A DNA stretch of 64,000 bases from Tubulanus polymorphus. Lineage: Eukaryota > Animalia > Nemertea. Under the pieces are notes generated by a model that saw nothing but the letters and a program-made list of their open reading frames with translations, was not told the DNA's origin and ran no database searches. The stretch is from assembly GCF_964204645.1 (NCBI RefSeq), contig NC_134027.1:9704485-9768484 (forward strand), written 5' to 3'. Below are positions 50,301-60,639 of the stretch, one piece after another. The position numbers were made by a program, and so were the translations under genes. Numbering within the stretch: position 1 is the first letter of the stretch; every line of letters starts with the position of its first letter.

Positions 50301-53300
50301 TAATGTCATGTCCAACAGGTGCGTCCCGGGGCTTTGCTTTTGTGGAGTTTCAGAACATTGACGACGCTCAGCGATGGATCGCAAAGAATCAGGTTTATCT
50401 CATTTATACACTACTTCTACTACACTCGACGGTACAGTAAATTCAGTGATCAGTCACGTGGAACGAACAGTCCACGTCAGGGGGGTCGGTTTTTAAAAGT
50501 GCGCTGGGAGCGAGCATTTCGCCGCCCGCTGCTACACCGCTATTAGTACCCGAAATTGCAGGGGAGCGGGGCTGTCGAATTTGTATGTATCGACAACGTT
50601 GTAGAAATAAAGAAAAAAATAAATAATCCGGGATATAAATACAGCGTGATTTCTAAGGAGGTAACAAGAACTGGATTTGAGGTTCCTGTTAAAGAGAGCC
50701 AGTGCTCTCTTGTCCTCCCTTGCAAACTTTTTACATTGGCTTTTATAACACAACGTACAATGTAACTCGGTGCACGCATTGTTTAACTGGAAGGCTCCTG
50801 ATGAAGGAAGGGAAAACATTGTTCGCCGTTAGATTCTGTAGTACGGGGCATGCTTATTACAATTATTATCAAATTCCAGTCTCATGTTTCTTTCCATATG
50901 TCCCTTGTTTTCGTGTTGAGCCGATTTCTCTAAAAAAATTTTTTTTTACGCAGCATGATTATTTTGCATATATTCAAATACTACGTCTTTTATATCACTG
51001 TTATTTCTACTACTTGGCAATAACCTCATCATCAGACATTCATAATACATCGGCTGCGTTTTCTTCGAGCACACGCTGTGGACGTTTTGCGCTTTTTTTT
51101 TTTTAAACGCACAAAACCTTTCGTCGACGAATTCAATCTAGCCGCTAATTAACGTACATGATCGTCGTTTTAAAGGAAATCATTCGACGCCTCCTGATTT
51201 GTTGATTATAGTCAGTCGTAACTGTAAACCATCCTCCTTCAGTTTCGGATTTGAACCTGATGGCTAGACTCGGCGACGGCTCGAAACCCTGCTACACTAG
51301 ATCATGTGCGCAGGTTTGTCAAAAGAAAATTTGCGGCACCAATCATGTCGCCCATTACAAAATCGCTAGGCAAGTTTCGTGGATAAACTTACTATAAATT
51401 GAAAAATTCGGGCTAGAATAAAATGGGATATCTGATTGGTTAATCATGATATCATCTAATCTTCACACTTGTACTAGTCAGTAAGGGTGGTGAGTCTCGA
51501 TGCTATCAGGTTTGAATTTCAGCCATGGGAAGACGCTGTGCACATTAAAAAATAGTGTTCATTAAAAGTGAGCCAATCGTATAGATATTTAAACTGGCCA
51601 TAGGATGATTAAGATTGCTCTTAGAACAGCCATCCTTGGCAGTCGCGTAAGGCAACCAATCTGGCGATAAGGGTGGTCTTCAGGTTCAGGAGGCCTCGAT
51701 ATGATCAATTCCTCCATTCGGCTTCGATTATGATATTTAAACCAGTAATTATTCGAAATAACGCAACGATTACCTCCGCGTGATCCCATCATGAAATATT
51801 GGCATAACTAAGAAAGAAACATTTCAGTATGGGGTGGTTCGCTATCAAATCGACGAAAAAGCGGGGGTGGGGTTCATATTTGAATATCACAGCTCTAATC
51901 AAGAAACAACAAATGAATGAGTGCTTGCTATACCAACCATTCTCTCCGAACATTCATCTATTTTTTACCGCAAACATTCTTCAAAACTGGTTGTCGGAGC
52001 TCCGTTTTCGCTGCATTTAGTAGATTTTGATATACATATATATATATATATAGTTAGAGAACCAATAATTGCGTACTAGTTTGGTGTGTAAATGCAAACT
52101 GTTCACATATATAATATCGTAATATATCTATCGCTATTTTCTTCACCGACCGAGTTTCTCCGATTTGAAAAGTCATTCGAATTAACTCTCGGCTCGGAGA
52201 AAGTCGGAGAAACTCGGGAAATTTTGTGATCATCATCGTCATTTCGAGAGTTCCATTGTTTGTGTGTGTGTGTTTGGCAGGGTCGTAACCCCCGGTCGGA
52301 GCGAGAATTTGACTGTGGCATTGGTCTGATTTCAGGGCATGTTGCGGTTGCTTAACCAATACCAAGTGACGATGTACTACAGTTCGCCGAGAGGCAACGA
52401 CCATAACAGTAAGAATTCCGCGTATAACAAGTCGGATTGGACGTGCACGAAGGTAAGAAAATCAAAATCCCCTCTGCTTCGTCGCGCATAGTTTTTCTTC
52501 GAAGTCACCATCAGGTCGTTGAGTCTTTACACGTGAATGCGCCTAAAAGTTGATTTTCTAATGGGATGATTACCGGTGTCTTTACGCGACGCAATCCACT
52601 TCGATCGACTTTTATTTAAAAAACTGATTCCCAGTCCCATCGAAGACAACGGTTTCCTTATGTAAAAAATCTCCATGGTCCAGTTCCACCGTTCCGAGTT
52701 AAGATTTAACTCTAAGTTAACTCATTGAAAATGAACTAACTTAAACTCTTCTAACTCACAACCGTGGAACTGGGGCCATACTACTCATTTATTGATCACC
52801 TTTAGCAATTACGCATCTGATGAAGTATGGTGCATTTCAATGGAGATTTTTTACCACGCGCGGTGCCGCCCCATTTTTTCCTAGAAAATATGAAAAAATC
52901 TCAAGCTTTCATTTCTGTAACGAGTGACTGATATTCCGATGAGAGTTGCGGAAACTCATTGGTCGTGTATTTGTTGGGTTATTTCGTTGCTGATTTGCCT
53001 GTATAACTGATTTCAGTGTGGGGTACAAAACTTCAAACGCCGTGACCACTGTTTCAAGTGTAATCTATCGAGGGAAGGTAGGTCGTCGTATTGTATTGAA
53101 TGAATCGAAGCTACTAGAGAGTTCTTTTTTTCCGGCCAAAAAACTCCGGTACGAGGTGAAAACACATTCGCCGAAATGGATCTCCGCGGAAATACGTACG
53201 AGCAACTTCGAATACGTATGAATGTAACTAAAGTCTAGTTATTTTTGTCTGGGATTGATTTTTTGCTTAATACTTTGAAAATGTACAGTACTCTGTACCT

Positions 53301-56300
53301 CTAAATGGTCTTAATACAACCAGTGAAACTGTGCAGTCGAGAAAAACTATCATTTTTATATCCTTTTACACTGTATCGAAGGTGTTTCCATTTTCTCGTT
53401 AAAAAGAGAAAAGATCAGCGTTTTGGCAATCCTTCAATAGAGAGCAAAACGGATATAAAAATGATTATTCAGACTGCACAGATTCGCTGGTCGTAATAAG
53501 ACCAAATTGTGGTATTCATTCATAATGTTAGGCAAAATATCCTCAAAAAATCTGTCCTAGATGAAAATAGATGGACTTTAGTGGAATGATATTATATTGA
53601 GAGACGTTGTCGAGCGAATGAATGAGTGTGTGCATCTTTCTGGAAGTCTGCATCTCGTCCAGTTTGTCATCATACTTCTACGCATGTAAAAGGTTGCTCA
53701 AAACTCATGAGCGGTATTCATCGTCAAACAACCGAAATCACACAATTTCATATTGTTGTTTTCTTTCATTTTGCAGCTTCGGAACGCATTCCAGACAGCG
53801 ATGGTTTTGACCAGGTCGGACAAAACCCGTGCAATAGTATGTATTCTATTCGTCGACGTAGTTCTCGTGGGCATGTGCATACCCTGAAGGCGTTCAAAGG
53901 TCTGGGGGTGGTGGGCCTAGGCTGTCGATGATGCCTGAAACAAACTGACTCTCTTCTATTTGAGAGTAGTTTGTACTCTTTTTTACAAGCTGAACATCTC
54001 CCAAATATATCAAAATTCTCTAAAAATCAGAATAATATCTCAAGGCATTCAAACTTCTAAGGGTAGTGGGCCTAGGCTGCAGAAGATACCTGTAATAAAC
54101 CTGACTACTATTTGAGAGTTCATGTAGTTTCTTCTCATTTTATGAGCTGAACTTCTCCCACAATAACTATTAATTTTGATATCAAAATCATTCTCATTTA
54201 TGGTGAAAACTACTACAATTAGGATATCAGAATGTCTGGTCTTGTGTAAAATGAATTTCTCGGCTTTATTAGGATTGAGTGTAAATCATGTCGCCATCGT
54301 TTCAGCGTTGATTCTTCGCGGTTTGGATGCCCTGACGACCGAGGACAACATCTGCACGGCGTTGGCGAAATACACGCACAACTCGCCGAAAAATCTGACC
54401 ATCGTGAAAGACTCGGCGAGCGTATCGAAGGGTTTCGCGTTCATGGAATTGACGTCAATTCAAGAGGCGTCGCAGCTGATGGAACTGTGGAGTTCGAGTT
54501 TGAACCCGCTTGAAGTCGACGGAAAAGCCGTGATGGTGAACTACGCGAAAAACACTTATAAAACATCGTTAGTATTTGATGGTTCTGTTATTTCGCTGTT
54601 ATTCATTGGGGCCCTCTTGATTTTTAAAAACTCCTTGAAAATGGAAAATGCTTGAAACTCTGTTGATTTTGAGAAATAGGCAATTAGAAATGTTTGTCTA
54701 GTTTGAAGTTGTACACAAGACTACCCCTAGATTGGTACAGTTGTGGGACCATAATTTTTTTTCCCTAATTAGGCGGTTACCAAATTAGAAACCGAGTTGT
54801 ATCGGATAGAAATTTGCTTACAAAACCATCAAATTAACAGTTTATTGAGATTAACTATATTGATTTAGGAGGAGTACAGTAATTTGGATATGAAATTTAT
54901 GCAGACACTCATCGAAATTTGAAATTTTCTCCTTTAAAACTCTCTATATCTAGGAATGACTGATCTGTAGTGACTCTGTTTATACAGTTTATGTAGTTCT
55001 TACAAAAAGTCCTATAACAGCCTAATATTTTGATGTTTGATTTTTTTAGGATGGCCCAAATGGCAGCTACTAATGAACAGGTAAGAAGAAATTCGCCAAT
55101 TTTTGTATCCCTGCTACTTAGATTAGGCTAAGATATGTTTGTAACGTGAACTCAAACGATAATTTTTCTTCAAAATCTCTCAAATTCAACAATAACGTTG
55201 TTGATGTTATTTTGTGTTTATAGCGTTGGGATTACAACAGTCCTGAATATCAACAATATTATGATCAACACCAGCAGCAGTTCTATGATCCGAACAGTCA
55301 GGCTTATTATGACTACTATTACGGACAGGGTTATTACCAGCAGCAGGACACGAAAGCATCGACGCAAGGTATGTCTTATGTATTATGAGTTTAGTTGAAT
55401 ATCAATTTTTGCAGCCTGAAGTAAAGGCTAATTACAGACCATTGATGTTTCACAATAGATTTGCATATATATGATTAGACATAATTTACATATAAAGAGA
55501 GTAACTAGTCCCATTTGTTTTGAAAACAGCAAATTGAAATCAATCCTCTCCATATGCTGGATTTTAAAGGGGTTGCATTATGAAATCTCAGCTGCTGGAG
55601 TAGCAAGGCTTTCGATCCCCCCAAAAAATACAGAAGATTTAAGCTAGATTCAGTATAATCTTCTAGCTTTCACATTAGTTCAATATATTTAGAAAAAAAG
55701 CAAATAATAATATCAGCATTGATAGAATATTTGCATCCACTCGGGTAGTGGGAGAAGATATTTATAACGGGTGGATATAAAGATGAAATGAATGACTGCC
55801 CCTCAATCCTGTTGTGGATACTACTGGAAATACCAGCTAGTCGGGTCTGCATATATTTATGTCGGTGATTATTTGATTTTCAGCGGATATCACTAACGCA
55901 GCAGCCGCGGTTGCGCAGGCAGCAATACGACAAGCACAAGCGACGAAACAATATAAAGCGCAGGAAGAATTGAACAAGCAACAGATCATGGACAACAATA
56001 AAACAGATACCGATAAAAAACCGGCAGCAGCAGCAGCGACGACGGTTTCATCGGCCACGGCGACGACCGCCACAAATAAGAACCTACCAGCGGCGGCATC
56101 AACGGCTACTACGGACTCGAAAAAATCTGATTATCCTAAATATCGTAAGTTGTCGCAATGTTGAAGAAGCATCTACTTGATAGGGTTCCGCAGATTAAGA
56201 AACTTAGATTGTAATTAGGTCCCTATGTCGGAGAAATTATTATAATTTCTCAAACATTGGTTCTCATTGTCAGGGACAAATCTGCCCGATATTGGTTTCC

Positions 56301-59087
56301 TCAAGTTCACTTCAATATCACCTCGCGCATCAATTTCATTCTACATCCCTATCTTTGATGTTGAGCCGATATTTTGATGAATACCGGTATGTTCATTTCT
56401 TTAATTTGGTTCATCCTGCACAGCACCACCTGATGTCTCAAAGTATCAGTACGACGAATCGACGGGATATTATTACGATCACTCAACCGGGCTTTACTAC
56501 GACGCCAACTCGCAATATTACTACAACGGTGAAACCGGGCTGTTTATGTACTGGGACGTGGATCATTCGACCTATTTGCCCGCGCCGGACTCGGTCAACG
56601 AATCTCTCACGCAGAATAGCAGGAAAAAAGAGGGCAAGAAGGACAAAGTGAAAATAGCCAAGAAAATCGCTAAGGTTCGTTTTCAAACCCACTTGGGAAG
56701 CAGCGGGCTATTCCATTCACTTTTCCTATGTTCTTTCGTTCATCTATCGGTGGACAAGACAATATCTTGTTATATTGGGAGTCTTCAATCGATTTTCTTG
56801 ATATTTGGTTAATATATCTACCCAGACGCATCTTCGGTCCAAGGCTGACTAGTGGCCATTGTTGTTCCCTGAAATCAGCTCTTCATGCATTTATGAAATT
56901 TTACGGTCATTTTGGTTCTAAATACATTCACCAGGGGTGTTGAATAGCGCAATAACATGGCATTTCGGTATAATGGTAACAATATAGGCACCTTTGCCTA
57001 ATTTGCAACGACAATCCGTAGCAAAATTGTACACCTTTAACTGAAAATAAGAGAATGCATTATTGTGCTAGTAAAGGCTGACACCTCTTGGTGGTCACGT
57101 TAGATAAAACACTATATCCGTGTTGAAGCGATGTAGAGAGAATCCCACAATAATAACGAAAATATATACAATCCAGAGACAAAGAGACTAATTCAAGTAA
57201 TTAATGGGATTCTCTCTACACCTCTAGGGGGATTTGCAGTAGTAGAACTCTCCAAATATTGACTTTACTGAACCTTCTTTAAACGATTTCAGGATATGGA
57301 AAAATGGGCAAAAACAATGAACAAGAAGGAGCAGCGTCGAGATCCAGCTAGAAAATTATCATTGGTGCCGGACATGTCGTCTAGTCGGACTGCAGACGCA
57401 GGTTTCGCTGTTCTTGAGAAAAAGGTTCGAAAAACCCATTCATTTTGAATTTAACATTTACCTACGCATAGAAAAAATATGACGATAAATGAAATACATA
57501 TAAAGCCAAAACTATAATGAAAGTGTAATACTCTCACCTAGGACCTCGTCTCGATGAGGGTGGTCTTATTGACTGTATAAGCAGAGTTATTTGATGTATC
57601 ATTTCAGTACGCAACTCCAGAGGCAAGCAATGACCATCCACTGATGCCGCCACCGCCTACGGTAAGCTAATTGAAATCTGATAAAAGAAAATGTCCTATT
57701 CTTTGAAAAAGAATACTTGTAAATGTATTTTGCTGAAATTGCATTCTTCGTTAACAGCCGAGCGGTGCGAAGGATTCGAAGACCGGTTTAGTCGCTCAGT
57801 ACGGAGGTGACAGCGACGACAGCGGCGAAGAGGATAACGAGGACGTGAACGACGAGAAGTTCGCCGATTATAAGAAGATGGCGTGTCTGTTGTGTAAACG
57901 ACAGTTCCCCGATCGAGAAATACTAGTCAAACATATGCAGTTCTCGTCGTTACATCGCGAAAACATGGATGCGTACAAAGCGAAAATGGGAACGGTTTCT
58001 GGTCAGAAAAAAGAACAGGTACTTGCTATTCATTATACGAATGTGATAACAGATGAAAGAAGGCAGATATGGGCAAACCCTTATATGTCTGGCAATGGTC
58101 TTACTTAAAAGCTTAGACGTACAGATTCCGCCTGAAATGTTTTTCAATTCGCAAATTTCCCTGTTTGTAGAATTACCGAGACCGTGCGAAAGAGAGAAGG
58201 GAGAAGTATGGCACTGATGGCCCGCCGCCTCCGAAACGTCGCGCTGGACCGATAAAACCCGCAAATATTTCGTGAGTTGATTTTACCTGAATAGGTTTTG
58301 ACTTCATCAAGAAAAGAATTGATGGAACACCGATCTCTTGAAACGATTGAACAAAAATTGTCTTTTCTGCGTCTGGAATTCTGAAGAAAAAGCTATTTTC
58401 TTTTTACCCTTATGGCTTGCTTCATGCAATGTTTTCGTGACGTTTTGTAGATATGAGCAGCCAAACAATAAAGGTATTCAGGAGTCGAACATCGGAAACA
58501 AATTACTGCAAAAAATGGGCTGGAATCAAGGCGAAGGATTGGGCAAGAAGAAACAAGGCATAACCGATCCTATTCAGGTAATAGTTGGTTTTGTGTGCCA
58601 GTAAACACCGTGGAAATTACCTGTCACAGCATTATATTAACTAATTGACAAAATCACCATATGATGAATTATCTGTCCACTTGATTCAAAAGACTCTTTA
58701 ATTTCATAGCCATCCTAGTGTCACATTAGGTGTGGATTAGGCTTACTTGATATAATCACTGGGTAATAGGATTGTTATCAGCAAGATACTTGATGCTTAT
58801 ATTCATTAGCCATTTCAAAGCTTTCCTAATATATATTGGGCTTACCTAATATAAGAAAATTGTTATATGCGCAAGAAGCTTAAGACCCTTATAGATGCTT
58901 ATATTGTTATTAGAATATCTCAGCACTGAAGTAAACTAAAATATCATTGATGTTTTAGGCAAAGAGTCGACAGAAAGGAGCGGGACTAGGCTCTCGTGGA
59001 AGTAACTACGACATCGGACCTACCGAGTCATATAAGGAGGCTGTTAAGAAAACAATGTACCTGCGATTCCAAGAAATGCACGAATGA
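47147..59087 (+). CDS. RBM5/10: RNA-binding protein RBM5/RBM10 family, 19 coding exons, 839 aa (whole gene span)
   Basis: Manual splice assembly with GT-AG boundaries and consistent phases: 47147-47319, 48331-48415, 48893-49018, 49173-49242, 50319-50392, 52336-52452, 53017-53077, 53777-53836, 54306-54567, 55050-55080, 55224-55368, 55884-56144, 56424-56674, 57293-57424, 57608-57661, 57758-58018, 58171-58271, 58451-58577, 58959-59087 (2520 nt). Domain order RRM, RanBP2 ZnF, RRM, OCRE, C2H2, G-patch is diagnostic. Confidence 0.93.
47550..48265. mobile_element. TA-flanked CAGTGGAAC-TIR MITE (Tc1/mariner-pogo type) interrupted by a foldback element
   Basis: TA|CAGTGGAACCT at 47550 and AAGTTCCACTG|TA ending at 48265. 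Confidence 0.65.
47668..48163. mobile_element. About 500-bp foldback element with roughly 190-bp inverted arms
   Basis: tgtctgtcacacctgctct..gtgcgacgtttt pairs with aaaacgtcgcac..agagcaggtgtgacagaca. A long perfect block ttatgcatcaatttgttcagtaaggaatttgcattcagaa recurs as its reverse complement at about 48052-48091. Confidence 0.9.
48331..48415 (+). CDS. RBM5/10: RBM5/10 coding exon 2 (DLRREAAV...RILEE)
   Basis: ttttcag| ... GAG|gtaatg; open in the required phase. Confidence 0.7.
48513..48761. mobile_element. Possible TTAA-type (piggyBac-like) MITE
   Basis: ttat|CCCTTTaagtgc ... gcaatgAAAGGG|ttaa; left target site is degenerate. Confidence 0.45.
48893..49018 (+). CDS. RBM5/10: RBM5/10 coding exon 3, start of RRM1 (TNTILLRGLP)
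   Basis: RNP2-like ILLRGL; canonical splice sites. Confidence 0.9.
49173..49242 (+). CDS. RBM5/10: RBM5/10 coding exon 4, 70 nt (IRAELMLFGAPVKDVRLMKNKST)
   Basis: DVRLMK motif shared with RBM5/10; ttacag| ... CAG|gtaaga. Confidence 0.92.
50319..50392 (+). CDS. RBM5/10: RBM5/10 coding exon 5, 74 nt, RNP1 of RRM1 (GASRGFAFVEFQNIDDAQRWIAKNQ)
   Basis: RGFAFVEF RNP1; ACTAAC branch point at about 50285; equivalent to exon 6 of mammalian RBM5/RBM10. Confidence 0.95.
52336..52452 (+). CDS. RBM5/10: RBM5/10 coding exon 6 (end of RRM1, DWTCTK)
   Basis: tttcag| ... AAG|gtaaga; W-x-C start of the RanBP2 finger. Confidence 0.92.
52677..52777. mobile_element. About 100-bp MITE family B, copy 1 (PIF/Harbinger-like TIR)
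   Basis: TIR ggtccagttccac / gtggaactggggcc; body similar to 60943-61052. Confidence 0.8.
53017..53077 (+). CDS. RBM5/10: RBM5/10 coding exon 7, RanBP2 ZnF (CGVQNFKRRDHCFKC)
   Basis: C-x3-NF-x5-CFKC motif; canonical splice sites. Confidence 0.95.
53777..53836 (+). CDS. RBM5/10: RBM5/10 coding exon 8 (SERIPDSDGFDQVGQNPCN)
   Basis: ttgcag| ... A|gtatgt, phase 1-1. Confidence 0.88.
53887..54158. repeat. Diverged tandem duplication, about 155-bp period, intronic
   Basis: gtgggcctaggctg, ctatttgagagt and gctgaac.tctccca each occur twice at about 155-nt spacing. Confidence 0.8.
54306..54567 (+). CDS. RBM5/10: RBM5/10 coding exon 9, RRM2 (LILRGLD...SKGFAFMEL...LEVDGK)
   Basis: RNP2 and RNP1 motifs inside ORF 54176..54655. 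Confidence 0.95.
55050..55080 (+). CDS. RBM5/10: RBM5/10 coding exon 10, 31-nt microexon (MAQMAATNEQ)
   Basis: tttttttag| ... CAG|gtaaga; needed to restore frame between the phase-2 and phase-0 neighbours. Confidence 0.85.
55224..55368 (+). CDS. RBM5/10: RBM5/10 coding exon 11, Tyr/Gln-rich
   Basis: RWDYNSPEYQQYYDQHQQQFYDPNSQAYYDYYYGQGYYQQQ; canonical splice sites. Confidence 0.88.
55884..56144 (+). CDS. RBM5/10: RBM5/10 coding exon 12, Ala/Thr-rich (NAAAAVAQAAI...DYPKY)
   Basis: AAAVAQAAI motif; C|gtaagt donor. Confidence 0.9.
56424..56674 (+). CDS. RBM5/10: RBM5/10 coding exon 13, OCRE domain and KDKVKIAKKIAK
   Basis: PDVSKYQYDESTGYYYDHSTGLYYDANSQYYYN is the OCRE octamer repeat. Confidence 0.96.
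57132..57220. repeat. 16-bp perfect inverted repeat (MITE remnant or hairpin)
   Basis: tgtagagagaatccca (57132-57147) and tgggattctctctaca (57205-57220). Confidence 0.85.
57293..57424 (+). CDS. RBM5/10: RBM5/10 coding exon 14 (DMEKWAKTMNKK...TADAGFAVLEKK)
   Basis: DME.WAK and ADAGFA motifs conserved in RBM5/10. Confidence 0.95.
57608..57661 (+). CDS. RBM5/10: RBM5/10 coding exon 15, 54 nt, symmetric (YATPEASNDHPLMPPPPT)
   Basis: tttcag| ... ACG|gtaagc; frame-neutral. Confidence 0.8.
57758..58018 (+). CDS. RBM5/10: RBM5/10 coding exon 16 (GLVAQYGGDSD; C2H2 finger ACLLCKRQF...HMQFSSLH)
   Basis: Family-diagnostic motifs. Confidence 0.96.
58171..58271 (+). CDS. RBM5/10: RBM5/10 coding exon 17 (YRDRAKERREKYG)
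   Basis: YRDRA.ERR.KYG motif. Confidence 0.95.
58451..58577 (+). CDS. RBM5/10: RBM5/10 coding exon 18, G-patch (NIGNKLLQKMGWNQGEGLGKKKQGITDPI)
   Basis: G-patch consensus. Confidence 0.96.
58959..59087 (+). CDS. RBM5/10: RBM5/10 last coding exon (GAGLGSRG...YKEAVKKTMYLRFQEMHE*)
   Basis: GAGLG motif and conserved C-terminal helix; TGA at 59085-59087. Confidence 0.95.
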   Translation, partial: AKSRQKGAGLGSRGSNYDIGPTESYKEAVKKTMYLRFQEMHE

Positions 59088-59511
59088 ACATTAATCTCGA
59101 ATCTTGTTTCGTATCGTCATTATTTGATCGGACTTGTTTGTCGATTGTGTTAGTCATAAGTTTAACAAGAATCCAGTACGTTTATCGAATGCTGGTACCC
59201 AAAGTTGCAGACCCGATTGATCATTGGTAAAATTGTTGGAAAGTACCGTATAGTAGACTGTCTTCACTGCCTTGCTTAGGTAGAGATGGGACTGTGTGAA
59301 CGAGGTTTAGTTTGCCCATAGATCGTGCGCAACAAAAGGATAGATATGTTCGAGGAGTAACCTCTAGACAACTTTAAAATGATATGTACATAATGTAAGC
59401 ATGAAACGTGAGAGTGGATCTCAGACTTTTTAAAAGTTTGTCGATTAATGTAATATTCCAGTTGACTCCTGTGTAAGATGTATTTATATGAAATATATAT
59501 ATGATTGTGTA

Positions 59512-59517
59512 AATAAA
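59512..59517 (+). terminator. RBM5/10 polyadenylation signal AATAAA
   Basis: About 425 nt after the stop, preceded by TGTA motifs and followed by a GT-rich stretch. Confidence 0.7.
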
Positions 59518-60465
59518 ATTTTATTTAAAAACGATGCAATCGTTCGGTTTGTCATTATTTCAGTTCAGATTGCTTTGTCTCTTTAGCCCACTTGGGGAAG
59601 TCGTTATGTAATTTGGGAAGTTTTGAAGAGGCTTCCATTGATTGTCTCGAATGGTAAATACATGCATCTACCCTAGACTCACCAGCCCAGTTTTCATGGG
59701 AAGATGTAGTATGGAGGATCGATTTTGGGTCAAGGTCAATGGTGCAAGGTTCATAGAAGGTCCTTTTAAGTTTGAAATGGGAATGGTTCAATTCAAGGCC
59801 TCGAGTATCATGGAATGGTCTCCAAAGTCCTGGTCCTCGAATGGCATCAGTCATTAGTTATCATCTGCAGATCCAAGATAAAAGTTCACTGTTGCAGCTC
59901 TTAAAATCTGAAGAATGCCTGGAAAATGTAAATTCAGGACGAAAGGCATAACTATCATATCCAAGTTCTGGCATCTTGAGCCAAAAAAATCCTTCGAAAT
60001 GATAAAATAAGATTACATTCTATGAACCCCGATAATGGTAACCTTTATGAGTTAAAAGACGAGTCCTGCTTTGATGTTAAAAGAAATTCCTCTGGGAAAG
60101 GACAGGGTATAACTGAAAATTGGATTGGCAAAATTTTTGATGGTTGTATCAAAGTAGTGCGTAGAATACTAAACAATTAACTGATTTTAGTAATAATAAT
60201 ATAATCATTTATTTTACCATAATCTATTACCAGTAGAAAGTTATGTATCACCTTATTTGTTCACCAATTGAATTAAGTATGTATGAGTATCATACATTAT
60301 GAAACCATTAAAAAAGCCACCATTTTTAATGTATAATCTGGCTAGGAAGGACCATTATACCAACAATAAGTGAGTTCCATACAGATTAGCGATATAAAAA
60401 TTTTTCAAGTTGGTTGAAATAGCTGCTTGTGGAAACAACCAATGGATACCAAACGTTTAGAAATA

Positions 60466-60639
60466 CAGTAAAAGTCCTTTATAATGCCACTGTTGGGACC
60501 TTGGCATTATAACGAATTTGGCGTCATAAGGTAGGTATTTCAATCGAATTTGAGTTAAATTGAGCAAAAGTTTGTTCTCCAAAAGATTTTGGCCTTAAGG
60601 GAACATTAAAAAGGATGGCGTTATAACCGACTTTGACTG
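60466..60639. mobile_element. TA-flanked CAGT-TIR MITE
   Basis: TA|CAGTAAAAGTCctttataatgcca ... tggcgttataaccGACTTTGACTG|TA. Confidence 0.75.

Noticed and set aside
59555-59857. 99-aa (-) and 71-aa (+) ORFs between the convergent genes; possible alternative SLC35A2 last exon
   Set aside because: Overlaps a fragment of the repeat also seen at 62113-62317. No recognisable protein motif, and I found no supporting donor.
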